Positions 46,066-55,620 of a stretch of 60,988 nt of DNA are shown here, one piece after another. The position numbers were made by a program, and so were the translations under genes. The notes under the pieces are model-generated. The model searched no databases and had not been told where the DNA came from. It saw only the letters and a list, made by a program, of their open reading frames with translations. The stretch comes from an uncultured Clostridia bacterium (GTDB lineage Bacteria; Bacillota; Clostridia; TANB77; CAG-508): the NCBI GenBank assembly GCA_947628395.1, contig CANQZP010000002.1:1-60988 (forward strand), given 5' to 3'. Position 1 is the stretch's first letter. Each line of letters begins with the position of its first letter.

Positions 46066-47248
46066 TTACAATACCAATTTTTCTTCTACCCCTATATTCT
46101 CTAATACTTCATAAATTAGTTTAACCTTTATCCCATCTTCTTTTTCTTCTACTACAACATCCCTATTTACAATTTCTTTTCCTTCAATGTCATTTTTTAT
46201 CTCCTCTTCTAATTTGGTAATCGTATTTTCTCTTAATGTATCCAAATCGTAATTTTTCTCTGTTGTTTTTAATTCATAATTTGTTGTCTTTTTGAATTCT
46301 ATTGGTAAATAAAAATTGTTAAATATTTTTAATTTTTTATTCTCATTTATTGTATCATATAATTTAAATTTTGAAAGCTTTTTATTAAAATTTATTTTAA
46401 AATTATTAATTTTTATAGAATTTTTTACTTCTACTTTACCTGTTCGTTCAGTTACCTCTTCTTTGTATTTAGCTTCTTTTTCCTTAGTGTACCAAGTCTT
46501 TGCCTGAATTTCTCCAGTAGCATGAACATATCTTATTCCCGTATATTTTCCTTCCATCCATCCGCCTTGCTAAAATAGTTCCTTCTTCTACTGCATCTCC
46601 AACTTTTACTCCAGCAGTTCCATTTGTTATATTTATTTTTGTAATTATTCCTGTTTTGTCTGAAACAATATTACAATATTCATTTTTATCTAGAATTTCA
46701 GGTTTAGGACTTGCCTGGACTATTTCAACTATTGCATTCGTTCCACTTATATCAATTCCAATCCAAGCTATATCATCTCTTTTTAGTCTTATCTCTTCAA
46801 TAATTTTTTGAGTATCGACTTTATTTTTTAACATTCCAATATTTAGTCCACTTTCTTTTAAAGATGATAGTAATTCTTCTTTATTTATATCTATATCTCC
46901 CTTAATTTCAATATTCCAAACAAACCTTGAAAGAATAAAAATACTACATAGAATAAAAAGCAAAAGGAACATAAAAATTTTTCTCTTTTTGTATTTATTT
47001 ATTTTAAACGGAAGTCCTTTTTTCTTTTCTATTTTTATTTTACAATTAGTGATTTTGCAAATTTTTTTTAGATTCTTAAAATCATTTATTCCAACATTAC
47101 AATACATAGTAGTATCTCTATTTCTTTTTATGTTCCATATAAAAATATTATTATTCATACATGTATTCATAAATCTTTCAATATAAAAACCTTCAACTTC
47201 TATTCTAATATATCCAATTATATAATATAGAAATATCTTTAATATCAA
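46066..47248 (-). pseudogene. yqfD: sporulation protein YqfD, split by an apparent 1-nt frameshift (or sequencing error)
   Basis: The two ORFs (254 aa and 163 aa) overlap at 46484-46557 and together give the ~395 aa expected for YqfD. They follow yqfC directly. The junction reads GTILARRMDGRK* in one frame and QGGWMEGKYTGIRYVHATGEIQAKTWY in the other. Confidence 0.7.
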
Positions 47249-47254
47249 GCAAAA

Positions 47255-47527
47255 TCACCTACATTCAAAATCTATATTTTCTATTTTTCCTGTTACTAAA
47301 ATATCATCTTCTGTCATTTGATTTAAATTAAGTTCAAACCCATTTATATTTATATTTCCTATATGAGTAGATATTCTTATAAAAAATTCTTCATATTCTA
47401 TAATTCCCTTATAATTTTCAATAAGTAATTCTTCAAAACCTACCATAGTTAATTTAGGTAAATCAGTACCAACTTCTTTAGGAATATCAAATAACTGATT
47501 TAATTTTTCTTTTCTACTCTTCTTCAT
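47255..47527 (-). CDS. yqfC: sporulation protein YqfC
   Basis: 90 aa. The pattern LPKLTMVGFEELLIENYKGIIEYEE...I is typical of YqfC, and it lies immediately upstream of yqfD. Confidence 0.85.
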   Translation of the reverse strand: MKKSRKEKLNQLFDIPKEVGTDLPKLTMVGFEELLIENYKGIIEYEEFFIRISTHIGNININGFELNLNQMTEDDILVTGKIENIDFECR

Positions 47528-47587
47528 ATTTTTAATCTCCTTGTTTTCTAATGTATATTCTTCAATAAAAAAAATATGTCTTTCAAA

Positions 47588-47665
47588 TTTCAGACATGGG
47601 GACGGAGTTTTTGTCTAAGAATTTTCAATTCTTAGACAAAAACTCCGTCCCCTCTGTCTGAAAAA
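47588..47665. repeat. palindromic intergenic repeat, family A, copy 2
   Basis: Same 26-bp-stem palindrome as 1216-1293, with loop ttc instead of ttt. Lies about 50 nt downstream of the minus-strand deacetylase gene. On the minus strand it is followed by a small hairpin (ATGTCT...AGACAT) and a T8 run. Confidence 0.9.
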
Positions 47666-47713
47666 CTCAATTTGCAACAGCAGGATTATGAAAAATCAAT
47701 TATATTATTGTAC

Positions 47714-48502
47714 TTATTTTTCAAAATCATCTAAACTCGCAAACTCATACCCCATATTATTAATCTCCTTAATACAAGAATCCAAAATATTCATATTATC
47801 CTTTGATGTAGCATGAAGCAATATAATTGCTCCATTATGAATATTATCTAAAACTTTCTTCTTTCCATAATCTTCTCTTCCCTGTTTACTCTCATCCCAA
47901 TCATCATACGCCAAAGACCACATTACAGTTTTATACTTCAAACTATTACAAAAATCTAAAGTCTTTTCACTATATTCACCTTTTGGTGGTCTTACATAGA
48001 CCATTTCATATCCAAATTTTTCATAAACTGCTGTATGTAGATTCATTATTTCATTTTTTAATTCATCTTCAGAAATATCAGGCATACTTTTATGATTAAC
48101 TGTATGATTTCCTACTATATGACCTTCTTCTATCATTCTTTGAACTAATTCAGGCTCAGTATTTAAATAATGTGCAGTAATAAAAAATGTTGCTGTTACA
48201 TTATTTTCTTTCAAAGTATCTAATATGCTTTCAGTATATCCAGCTTCATATCCCATATCAAAAGTTAAATATACTTTTTTAGAATCTTTATTTCCCATAG
48301 CTAACCCATTATATTTATCAATTAAGCTTTTATTTTCTGCTCCTAAATCTGGTTGCTCATGATTTTCTGCTCTTTTTATTCCCCAGCCAATTTTTTTCGT
48401 ACTTAAAGCTCCATCATTTGCCCTTACTGAACTTGCTACAAAATAAACACCTAAAGAAACAACCATAGTTAATACCAATATAATTCTTTTATTCATAAAC
48501 AC
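47714..48502 (-). CDS. polysaccharide deacetylase, PdaA-like (spore cortex delta-lactam de-N-acetylase family)
   Basis: 262 aa. Signal/anchor, WGIKRAENHEQP, VYLTFDMGYE (CE4 motif 1 DxG variant), HIVGNHTVNH (motif 2) and VRPPKGEYS (motif 3). Confidence 0.75.
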   Translation of the reverse strand: MFMNKRIILVLTMVVSLGVYFVASSVRANDGALSTKKIGWGIKRAENHEQPDLGAENKSLIDKYNGLAMGNKDSKKVYLTFDMGYEAGYTESILDTLKENNVTATFFITAHYLNTEPELVQRMIEEGHIVGNHTVNHKSMPDISEDELKNEIMNLHTAVYEKFGYEMVYVRPPKGEYSEKTLDFCNSLKYKTVMWSLAYDDWDESKQGREDYGKKKVLDNIHNGAIILLHATSKDNMNILDSCIKEINNMGYEFASLDDFEK

Positions 48503-48585
48503 CTCCTAAACTTTTATATTAAAAGGTATTTTTGTCTTTTAATTTTATGCTATTAAATTATATTATATTTATTTTTTAATTTTAC

Positions 48586-48614
48586 TTGACATCTTATTTA
48601 TTTTAGATTATATT
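48586..48614 (+). promoter_or_regulatory. sigma-A-type promoter
   Basis: TTGACA, 17-nt spacer, TATATT, about 45 nt upstream of the ATG at 48660. Confidence 0.6.
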
Positions 48615-48659
48615 TGTATTTACCTTATTTTGGAAATTTGTTTTAGAAAGGAACTAAAG

Positions 48660-49394
48660 ATGATTAATTTGTTATATATTACTTTTGCTATTTTTTTTAT
48701 TCTCATAGGAATTTTATATCTAAGAAAAATTTTTGAGTTTAAAAATTTAGAAGAAAATTTTACATCTTTAAATGAATCTTATTCTTCATTATCAAATTCA
48801 TATGATCAATTAAGAGAATTTAAACATGATTTTGCAAATATTCTTCAAGCAATTGGTGGATATTTGTATACAGAAGATTTAGATGGCTTGAATAAATATT
48901 ATTCTAGCTTATTAAAAGACTATAATAAATTTAATATTTTAACTGTTTTTAACAGTAATATTATTAATAGTCCACCTGTTCTTGCACTTATTTGTGAAAA
49001 ACATAAAAAAGCAGAAAAGTTAGGAATTAATTTTAATGTTGAGATTTTTTATGATTTTAAAAATATAAAAATGAATATTTATGAATTTACTCGTATTTTA
49101 GGTATTTTTTTAGATAATAGTATTGAGGCTGCCAAAAACAGTAATGATAAGATAATTAATATTATTATTAGAAAAGATATGACATATTCTAGAGATTTAC
49201 TTGTTATTGAAAATTCCTATTCTGACTCAAAAATCAATATTGAAAAGATTTATGAAAAAAATTATTCTACAAAAAAAGGAAATACTGGTATTGGACTTTC
49301 AAAAGTAAAGAAAATCTTAAAAAAATATAAAAATGTTACCCTTAATACATTTGTAAATAAAAAATTTTTTACTCAACAATTAGAAATATATTAA
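48660..49394 (+). CDS. orphan GHKL sensor kinase, AgrC/HPK10-like, single TM helix
   Basis: Start set to the ATG at 48660 (RBS AAAGGA). One N-terminal TM helix, H-box-like FKHDFANILQAI, N-box FLDNSIEAA and G-box KKGNTGIGLSKV. Confidence 0.7.
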   Translation: MINLLYITFAIFFILIGILYLRKIFEFKNLEENFTSLNESYSSLSNSYDQLREFKHDFANILQAIGGYLYTEDLDGLNKYYSSLLKDYNKFNILTVFNSNIINSPPVLALICEKHKKAEKLGINFNVEIFYDFKNIKMNIYEFTRILGIFLDNSIEAAKNSNDKIINIIIRKDMTYSRDLLVIENSYSDSKINIEKIYEKNYSTKKGNTGIGLSKVKKILKKYKNVTLNTFVNKKFFTQQLEIY

Positions 49395-49396
49395 GA

Positions 49397-49419
49397 ATGG
49401 GCGAATGTTAATCGCCCAT
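49397..49419 (+). terminator. rho-independent terminator
   Basis: ATGGGCGAatgttaaTCGCCCAT followed by ATTTTTT, directly after the kinase stop codon. Confidence 0.75.
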
Positions 49420-49424
49420 ATTTT

Positions 49425-50097
49425 TTAATCACATAAGATTTTCCAACTTCCTGTTTTTTCTGGAAAATCTTCAAATTCCAATTTTTCTTTTGTTATTGGA
49501 TGCAAAAAAGATAATTTGTATGCCCATAAACATAATTGCTTTGAACGTCCTCTTGTTCCATATTTTTGATCACCATATACACTATGATTTCTACTTGCAA
49601 ATTGAACTCTTATTTGATGATGTCTACCAGTATGTAATTTTACTTTTACAACTGATAAATTAATTTCTTCACTATATTTTTCCACTGTATAATCTAAAAT
49701 TGCTTTCTTAGAATTTTTTGTACCTTCTTCAACAACTCTGCTTAAATTCTTTTTTTCATTTTTTAATAGATAGTCTTCAAACGTTCCAGTATCTTTTTCC
49801 ATTTTTCCATCTATAATAACTAAATATTCTTTTTCAAATATTTTTTCTCTTACCTGCTGGCTTAATCTTGAAGCAGCTTTTGAAGTTTTAGCAAATACCA
49901 TTACTCCACCGAGTCGGTCTATCTAATCTATGAACTAATCCTAAATATACATCACCTGGTTTATTATATTTTTCTTTTAGATATTGTTTTATTATTGTTA
50001 GCATATCTATATCACCAGTTTTGTCTCCTTGAGACGGTATATTTACAGGTTTTTCTACTACTATTACATGATTATCTTCGTACAATACTTTTAACAT
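49425..50097 (-). pseudogene. RluA-family pseudouridine synthase, split by an apparent 1-nt insertion (or sequencing error)
   Basis: The N-terminal ORF ends LVHRLDRPTRWSNGIC* and the C-terminal ORF begins MVFAKTSKAASRLSQQ. Removing one base after gat aga ccg act restores HRLDRPTGGVMVFAKT, the canonical catalytic-Asp motif context. Confidence 0.8.
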
Positions 50098-50958
50098 CTA
50101 TTTCTCCCATCTTCCATATATTCCACAAGGAAGTACCAAATTAGAATTTTTCATTGGAAGTCCTATTTCTCCTGATGTAATTTTTCCTTTATATTTTTTC
50201 ATATTCAAATTTAATATATTTTCAAGAACTTTAGATGAAATTCCAGTAGTATATGAATTTATCAAAAAGAAAAGTGGATTATCTGATAAAACCTCTGTAC
50301 ATAGGTTAACTAAATCAAAAATATTTTCTTCAAATTGCCATACTTCTCCATTTTTTCCTCTACCATAAGATGGAGGATCCATTACTATTGCATCATATTT
50401 GTTTCCTCTTCTTATTTCTCTTTGTACAAATTTTATAACATCATCAACTATAAATCTTACTGGTCTATCTTTAAGTCCTGATGATTCTACATTCTCTTTT
50501 GCCCAAAGAGTCATTCCTTTTGAACTATCTACATGGCATACACTTGCACCTGCAGAAAGACAAGCTACAGTTGCTCCACCTGTATATGCAAATAAATTTA
50601 ATACCTTAATTTCTCTATTTTCATTTTTTATTTTATCTATCATCCAATCCCAATTAACAGCTTGCTCAGGAAATAAACCTGTGTGTTTAAATCCCATAGG
50701 TTTTATATTAAATTTTAAATTTTTATATTTAATTTGCCAACTTTCAGGAAGTCTTTTTTTATATTCCCAAGAACCTCCCCCTTTATTGCTACGATTATAT
50801 CTAGCATTTGCTTGTCCCCACTTTTCTTTAAAAGATTTCTCTTTCCAAATTATTTGTGGATCAGGTCTTAACAATATAAAATCTCCCCATCTTTCAAGCT
50901 TTTCGCCATTTGCCATATCTAATATTTCATAATCTTTCCAATTATCTGCTACTTTCAT
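50098..50958 (-). CDS. class I SAM-dependent (rRNA-type) methyltransferase
   Basis: 286 aa. VLNLFAYTGGATVACLSAGA (SAM motif I), HVDSSK and IVMDPPSYGRG (motif IV DPP), as in RlmI/RlmK-type enzymes. Confidence 0.75.
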   Translation of the reverse strand: MKVADNWKDYEILDMANGEKLERWGDFILLRPDPQIIWKEKSFKEKWGQANARYNRSNKGGGSWEYKKRLPESWQIKYKNLKFNIKPMGFKHTGLFPEQAVNWDWMIDKIKNENREIKVLNLFAYTGGATVACLSAGASVCHVDSSKGMTLWAKENVESSGLKDRPVRFIVDDVIKFVQREIRRGNKYDAIVMDPPSYGRGKNGEVWQFEENIFDLVNLCTEVLSDNPLFFLINSYTTGISSKVLENILNLNMKKYKGKITSGEIGLPMKNSNLVLPCGIYGRWEK

Positions 50959-50973
50959 ATTTCTCCTTTTATT

Positions 50974-51081
50974 TTAAAGTCTAGTAAGTAAAGTATAAAA
51001 ACTAGCTATTAAACCTAAATTTATTGTTATAAGTACACCTGTAAAAAATAATGTATACTTTAAAAAACTATTTTTTTTCAT
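50974..51081 (-). CDS. candidate small membrane protein (35 aa), absent from the ORF track
   Basis: Strong RBS AGGAGGAG 5 nt before the ATG. Hand translation MKKNSFLKYTLFFTGVLITINLGLIASFYTLLTRL gives one TM helix. Confidence 0.45.
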   Translation of the reverse strand: MKKNSFLKYTLFFTGVLITINLGLIASFYTLLTRL

Positions 51082-51239
51082 AAAAACTCCTCCTATTTAT
51101 GAACCTATAATAATTTATATTCACAAAAGGAATTTTTATTACTATATTTTACCACAATCGTACAAGCTTTTTCAACAACTTTCTTCTTTTATTTCAAGTA
51201 TTTTATAGTTATATTTATTAAAATTAAATTTATTAATCA

Positions 51240-51268
51240 TTGTATTTTTTTTTTTAGCATGGTAAAAT
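51240..51268 (+). promoter_or_regulatory. putative promoter with a T11 tract in the spacer
   Basis: TTGTAT, 17-nt spacer containing T11 (51245-51255), then TGg-TAAAAT (extended -10). Lies 40 nt upstream of the ATG at 51309. Confidence 0.45.
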
Positions 51269-51308
51269 ATTTACACAAAATTTTATATATGTAAGGAGGC
51301 TAATTCTT

Positions 51309-52091
51309 ATGGGAAATTATCTTGGTATTGACATTGACTCTACCAACACCAAAATGATTATTGGTGAAAATAAGCGGAGTATTCCAACTCCAAATTCGCG
51401 TCAAGAATTAATTGGCGAAATTTTTAAATTCATTCGCGAAACTGATTTACAATTTGTATCAGGAATTGGAATTGCTTTTCCAGGTATGAGTAAAAATGGA
51501 ACTTCTATTGACTTGTCATCTATAGGCAGTGATTTAATAGGACTTTCCCAAAATTACTTTATGTATCTCTATTCTCCAGTCTATTTTATAAATAGAACTG
51601 ATGCTGTAGCACTTGCTGGAATTTTAGAATATCCTAATTCTAAGGTTTTAGTTTCAATTGTTAATGGAAATACAATAAGTTCCGGAATAGTTATTAATGG
51701 TCACACTTTTTCAGGCGCTAATGGCCTTAATGGTGAAATCAATAATTCTTTTTTTACTCCAAAAAAAGATGCTTTTCACTTCTGTAGTGCTTACAAGTTA
51801 AAAGAAATACTAAACAAAATGCCTACAAAAATGCATACAACAATCATTAGATCTTTTGCAAGAAACTTTGGTATGTTAATGGCTAATGTTATAAACATGC
51901 TAAATCCTGATGTCATTTATTTGACCGGTGAAGCTTTTGAGTATGATAATTTCTTGGAAAACGCTTTAGACTTTGTAAATAACAAAGTGCATAAGCAGTT
52001 ACTGGAAAATCTAACAATAACAACATCTAAATTTGGATGTTATTCTAGCGCAGTTGGAGCTATTGAATTTCTTAAACAGTCTATTCGCTAA
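51309..52091 (+). CDS. ROK-family-like sugar kinase homologue (short, degenerate ATP motif)
   Basis: 260 aa. N-terminus YLGIDIDSTNTKMIIGE occupies the DxGGT phosphate-1 position, then GIGIAFPG and a later GANGLNGEI. Shorter than typical ROK kinases. Confidence 0.5.
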   Translation: MGNYLGIDIDSTNTKMIIGENKRSIPTPNSRQELIGEIFKFIRETDLQFVSGIGIAFPGMSKNGTSIDLSSIGSDLIGLSQNYFMYLYSPVYFINRTDAVALAGILEYPNSKVLVSIVNGNTISSGIVINGHTFSGANGLNGEINNSFFTPKKDAFHFCSAYKLKEILNKMPTKMHTTIIRSFARNFGMLMANVINMLNPDVIYLTGEAFEYDNFLENALDFVNNKVHKQLLENLTITTSKFGCYSSAVGAIEFLKQSIR

Positions 52092-52113
52092 ATAAATTCA
52101 TCTAACGCGAATT

Positions 52114-52142
52114 AAAAGGTAGTTTAAAACAAACTACCTTTT
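52114..52142. terminator. bidirectional rho-independent terminator
   Basis: Perfect 12-bp stem AAAAGGTAGTTT / AAACTACCTTTT with a 5-nt loop, between the convergent ROK-like and GH3 genes. Confidence 0.8.
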
Positions 52143-54525
52143 AATCTTTTTTAGACTTTATTATCATTTTTATTCCCTTGAAAGTATTCCCTTTATTTAT
52201 TTCGATAAAACCTTTTATTTTTCCCTCATTATATTTACTACTTTTTTTCTCATAAAACTTTTTAACAGGTTTTTGTATATCCATCATAACTTTAATAGCT
52301 TTATTTATATTCTTTTCTTTTATTAATTTTTTCATTTTTTTAATATTTTTTCTATATACAATTCCACCTAAAAAAGTATTTTTCATTTGCTCTATTGTAT
52401 TTTCTTCTGAAAAATCTTTCTTATTGATTTTTTTATTTGGCAATTTTCTTCCTAATAAATTCTCAAATTCTTCATCAGTTATATCTTTAATTTTTCCCGA
52501 ATAATACTTATCTGAAACAATTTTTTCGATATTTTCATCATCTGACTTTATTGTAATTTCTTTTTCCAAAACTATATCTTTAACAGACTGTCCTATTAAA
52601 ATTTTATATTTACCAGACTCTACAGACCACTTATTCGTTTCTATATTATAATATTCAAAAACTTTTCTATCTAACTTTATATTTACCTTTTTAGTTTTTC
52701 CAGCTTCTATTTCTGTTTTTGCAAAACTCTTTAATTCTTTTATTGGTTTAAAAACTTTAGAATCTAATTCTGATATATAGATTTGAGATATTTCTTCTCC
52801 ATTCATTGTTCCAGTATTTTTTATATCAAAAGACAATTCTATATCAGTATTATTTTGTTCTACTTGTAAATTTGAATACTCAAATTCTGTATAACTTAGT
52901 CCATATCCAAAAGGATATAAAACATCTACTTTTGATGTATCATAATATCTATATCCTACATATATTCCTTCTTTATAATCACTATATACTTCATTCCCAG
53001 GAAAATAATTATAGCAAGGAGTATCTTCAAGTTTAATTGAATAAGTTTCAGAAAGTTTACCACTTGGATTTACCTTTCCATATAAAATATTTACTATAGC
53101 ACTAGCACCAGCTTCTCCGCCTAAATACCCTGTAAGTATTGCCTGAACCTTATTATTCCATGGCATTGTAATACTAGAACCATGTGATAAAACTACAATT
53201 ACATTTTTATTAACTTTTGAAATTTCTTCTATTAAATCATTTTGATTTTTAGGTAAATCAATTGTATTTCTATCTATTCCTTCTGATTCATATTCTTCTG
53301 TAAGTCCAGCAAAAATAATTACAACATCATTTTTCTTAGCAACTTCTATTGCTTCTTCTAATAATTTTTTATCATCCTTGCTTTCTAGTCTTTCATATCC
53401 CCTACAATATTCAAATTTTATATTTCTTTCTTCTAAAACATCATATACATTTTCTAATTTATATGGATTTATAGTTGAACTTCCAGCTCCTTGATATCTA
53501 GGATTTTTAGCCATATCACCTATTATTGCTAACTTTACACCTTCTTTTATAGGTAATATTTTACCTTCATTTTTTAATAATACACTAGATTTTTCAGCTA
53601 TAACTCTAGCTAAATCATGATGTTTTTCTTTATCATATTCTGCATTTCTTTTTTCATTTTCCTTAGCTTTAAATACTACAGACAATAATCTGTCTATTGA
53701 TTCATCTAGAATCTCTTCCTTTAACTCACCATTTTTTACTGCATTTATTATTTCTTCTTTTCCATTTCCCCTTTTACCTGGCATTTCTAATTCATTTCCA
53801 GCAATCAATCCTTTTACTCTATCATTTTCTGCTCCCCAATCGGTTATAACAATTCCACAATGTTTCCATTCACTCTTTAAAATTCCAAGTAATTTATTAT
53901 TTTCCGTACAATAATCTCCATTTAATTTATTATACGCACTCATAACTGCCCAAGGCATAGAATTTTTAACTATTATTTCAAAAGGCTTTAAATAAATTTC
54001 TCTTAATGTTCTTTCATCTATAATAGAATCAATCGTCCTTCTTCTATTTTCCTGATTATTACCAGCAAAATGCTTTACACAAGCTCCAACACCCTCTTCT
54101 TGAATGCCCTTCACATAATATTCTCCTAATTTCCCAGCTAAATATGGATCTTCAGAAAAATATTCAAAATTTCTACCACAAAGAGGACTTCTTTTTATAT
54201 TAACACCAGGCCCTAATACAATATTAACCCCTTCACTATTAGCTTCTTCACCTAAAGCTTTTCCCATTTTATAGATTAAATTCAAATCCCAGCTATTAGC
54301 TACTGTAGCACATGATGGAAAACAAATTGAAATTTCACTTTCATTAATTCCTAAATTATCAGCTTTATTATTTTGAACTCTAAGTCCATGAGGTCCATCA
54401 GACATTTTTATTTTCGGAATACCTACTCTTTCAATATCTTTTGTAGTCCAATAATCACTACCAGCACATAAGCTTGCTTTTTCTTCTAAACTTAATTTTT
54501 CTATTATATCTTTATTTACTAACAT
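52141..54525 (-). CDS. glycoside hydrolase family 3 beta-glucosidase
   Basis: 794 aa. KMSDGPHGLR, GIVITDWGA (nucleophile Asp context) and a C-terminal fibronectin-like domain, with an additional basic C-terminal tail. Confidence 0.88.
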   Translation of the reverse strand: MLVNKDIIEKLSLEEKASLCAGSDYWTTKDIERVGIPKIKMSDGPHGLRVQNNKADNLGINESEISICFPSCATVANSWDLNLIYKMGKALGEEANSEGVNIVLGPGVNIKRSPLCGRNFEYFSEDPYLAGKLGEYYVKGIQEEGVGACVKHFAGNNQENRRRTIDSIIDERTLREIYLKPFEIIVKNSMPWAVMSAYNKLNGDYCTENNKLLGILKSEWKHCGIVITDWGAENDRVKGLIAGNELEMPGKRGNGKEEIINAVKNGELKEEILDESIDRLLSVVFKAKENEKRNAEYDKEKHHDLARVIAEKSSVLLKNEGKILPIKEGVKLAIIGDMAKNPRYQGAGSSTINPYKLENVYDVLEERNIKFEYCRGYERLESKDDKKLLEEAIEVAKKNDVVIIFAGLTEEYESEGIDRNTIDLPKNQNDLIEEISKVNKNVIVVLSHGSSITMPWNNKVQAILTGYLGGEAGASAIVNILYGKVNPSGKLSETYSIKLEDTPCYNYFPGNEVYSDYKEGIYVGYRYYDTSKVDVLYPFGYGLSYTEFEYSNLQVEQNNTDIELSFDIKNTGTMNGEEISQIYISELDSKVFKPIKELKSFAKTEIEAGKTKKVNIKLDRKVFEYYNIETNKWSVESGKYKILIGQSVKDIVLEKEITIKSDDENIEKIVSDKYYSGKIKDITDEEFENLLGRKLPNKKINKKDFSEENTIEQMKNTFLGGIVYRKNIKKMKKLIKEKNINKAIKVMMDIQKPVKKFYEKKSSKYNEGKIKGFIEINKGNTFKGIKMIIKSKKD

Positions 54526-54704
54526 ATTTTCTCCTAAAATAATTTATACAATTATGTATATCATATAATATTATTTTATTCAATATTTTATTTGCCAATA
54601 TTTTTTAGACATTTTTCTACATTATTTTCAATTTGTATTGACTTTATTTTTTTATAATGCTATATTTATCCTACTTTAAGATTTTAACTAAAGGAGGTTA
54701 TTTA

Positions 54705-55571
54705 ATGAAATTCACCATTATTGTTCCTGTTTATAATGCAGAAGATCGGATTACCAAATGTCTAGATAGCATTTTGGAACAAGACTTTGAAGACTATGAA
54801 GTCATTTTAATAAACGATGGTTCTACAGATAATTCATTGCAATATCTATATTCATATTGCAGTAAAGATTCTAGATTTCATGTTTATTCTTTTGAAAACA
54901 GTGGTGTTGGTATGACAAGAAAAAGAGGCGTTATACTTGCTCAGGGTGATTATGTTTTATTTATTGACTCTGACGATACCTATAACTCTAAATTACTATC
55001 TTCCCTATCACCATTCGTTATAGATAATAATATAGATGTCATTAGATATCAATGTAATATCATTAACGATAAAAAAGGAAAAAATCATGAACGCTATAAT
55101 ATAGAACCAAATCACAGCTTACTAAGTGGCTTAGAAGTTCTTAATCTATGGTCTGTTCCTGGTAAAAAATATGCAGTTTATTGGTTGTTTTGCTTTAAAA
55201 GAGAATTATTATTAAATTCTTTTTTTATACCTAATTTAAGGTGTTATGAGGATGTGGCAGTAATTCCACTTTTGATTTTATATGCTAATTCAGTAATTAC
55301 AATTGATTATATTGGTTATAATTATATTCAAAATACTGATAGTTTGACTAATATAAAATCACTTGAAGCTGAAATATCTCGAGCTAAAGACTTTATATCT
55401 GCCTATGATTATTTTGTAGAGAATATTATTAAACTCGCTAAGCTAAATAATACTGATCGTACTTTTTTTATAAATGACTATAACCGGCGTTTATTATTAA
55501 AGTACAATTCTTTACCAGAAAATTTACAAAAACAGTTTTATAATGAAATTTCAAAAAGAATAACTATTTAA
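54705..55571 (+). CDS. family 2 glycosyltransferase (stand-alone)
   Basis: Start set to the ATG at 54705, after AAGGAGGT. FTIIVPVYNAEDRITKCLDSILEQ, INDGSTDNS and DSDD motifs. Confidence 0.8.
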   Translation: MKFTIIVPVYNAEDRITKCLDSILEQDFEDYEVILINDGSTDNSLQYLYSYCSKDSRFHVYSFENSGVGMTRKRGVILAQGDYVLFIDSDDTYNSKLLSSLSPFVIDNNIDVIRYQCNIINDKKGKNHERYNIEPNHSLLSGLEVLNLWSVPGKKYAVYWLFCFKRELLLNSFFIPNLRCYEDVAVIPLLILYANSVITIDYIGYNYIQNTDSLTNIKSLEAEISRAKDFISAYDYFVENIIKLAKLNNTDRTFFINDYNRRLLLKYNSLPENLQKQFYNEISKRITI

Positions 55572-55592
55572 TCACTATTTTTAATGATTAAA

Positions 55593-55618
55593 AAAACCCC
55601 AGATTTTTCTGGGGTTTT
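55593..55618. terminator. bidirectional rho-independent terminator
   Basis: AAAACCCCAGAttttTCTGGGGTTTT between the convergent GT2 and uvrC genes. Confidence 0.85.
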
Positions 55619-55620
55619 CA

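Noticed and set aside
4603-52806. Remaining short ORFs on the strand opposite to annotated genes. ORF-track starts: 4603, 6059, 7197, 9164, 9679, 15116, 15749, 16295, 16794, 17689, 18219, 21350, 22765, 26418, 26730, 28665, 28834, 29379, 30696, 32574, 40238, 42764, 46316, 46989, 47827, 50399, 52806
   Set aside because: Each lies wholly or largely antisense to a longer ORF with clear family motifs. Their sequences are F/L/I/Y/S-rich low complexity, as expected from AT-rich antisense frames. Even the 177-aa ORF at 50399-50932 has no motif and overlaps the methyltransferase CDS.
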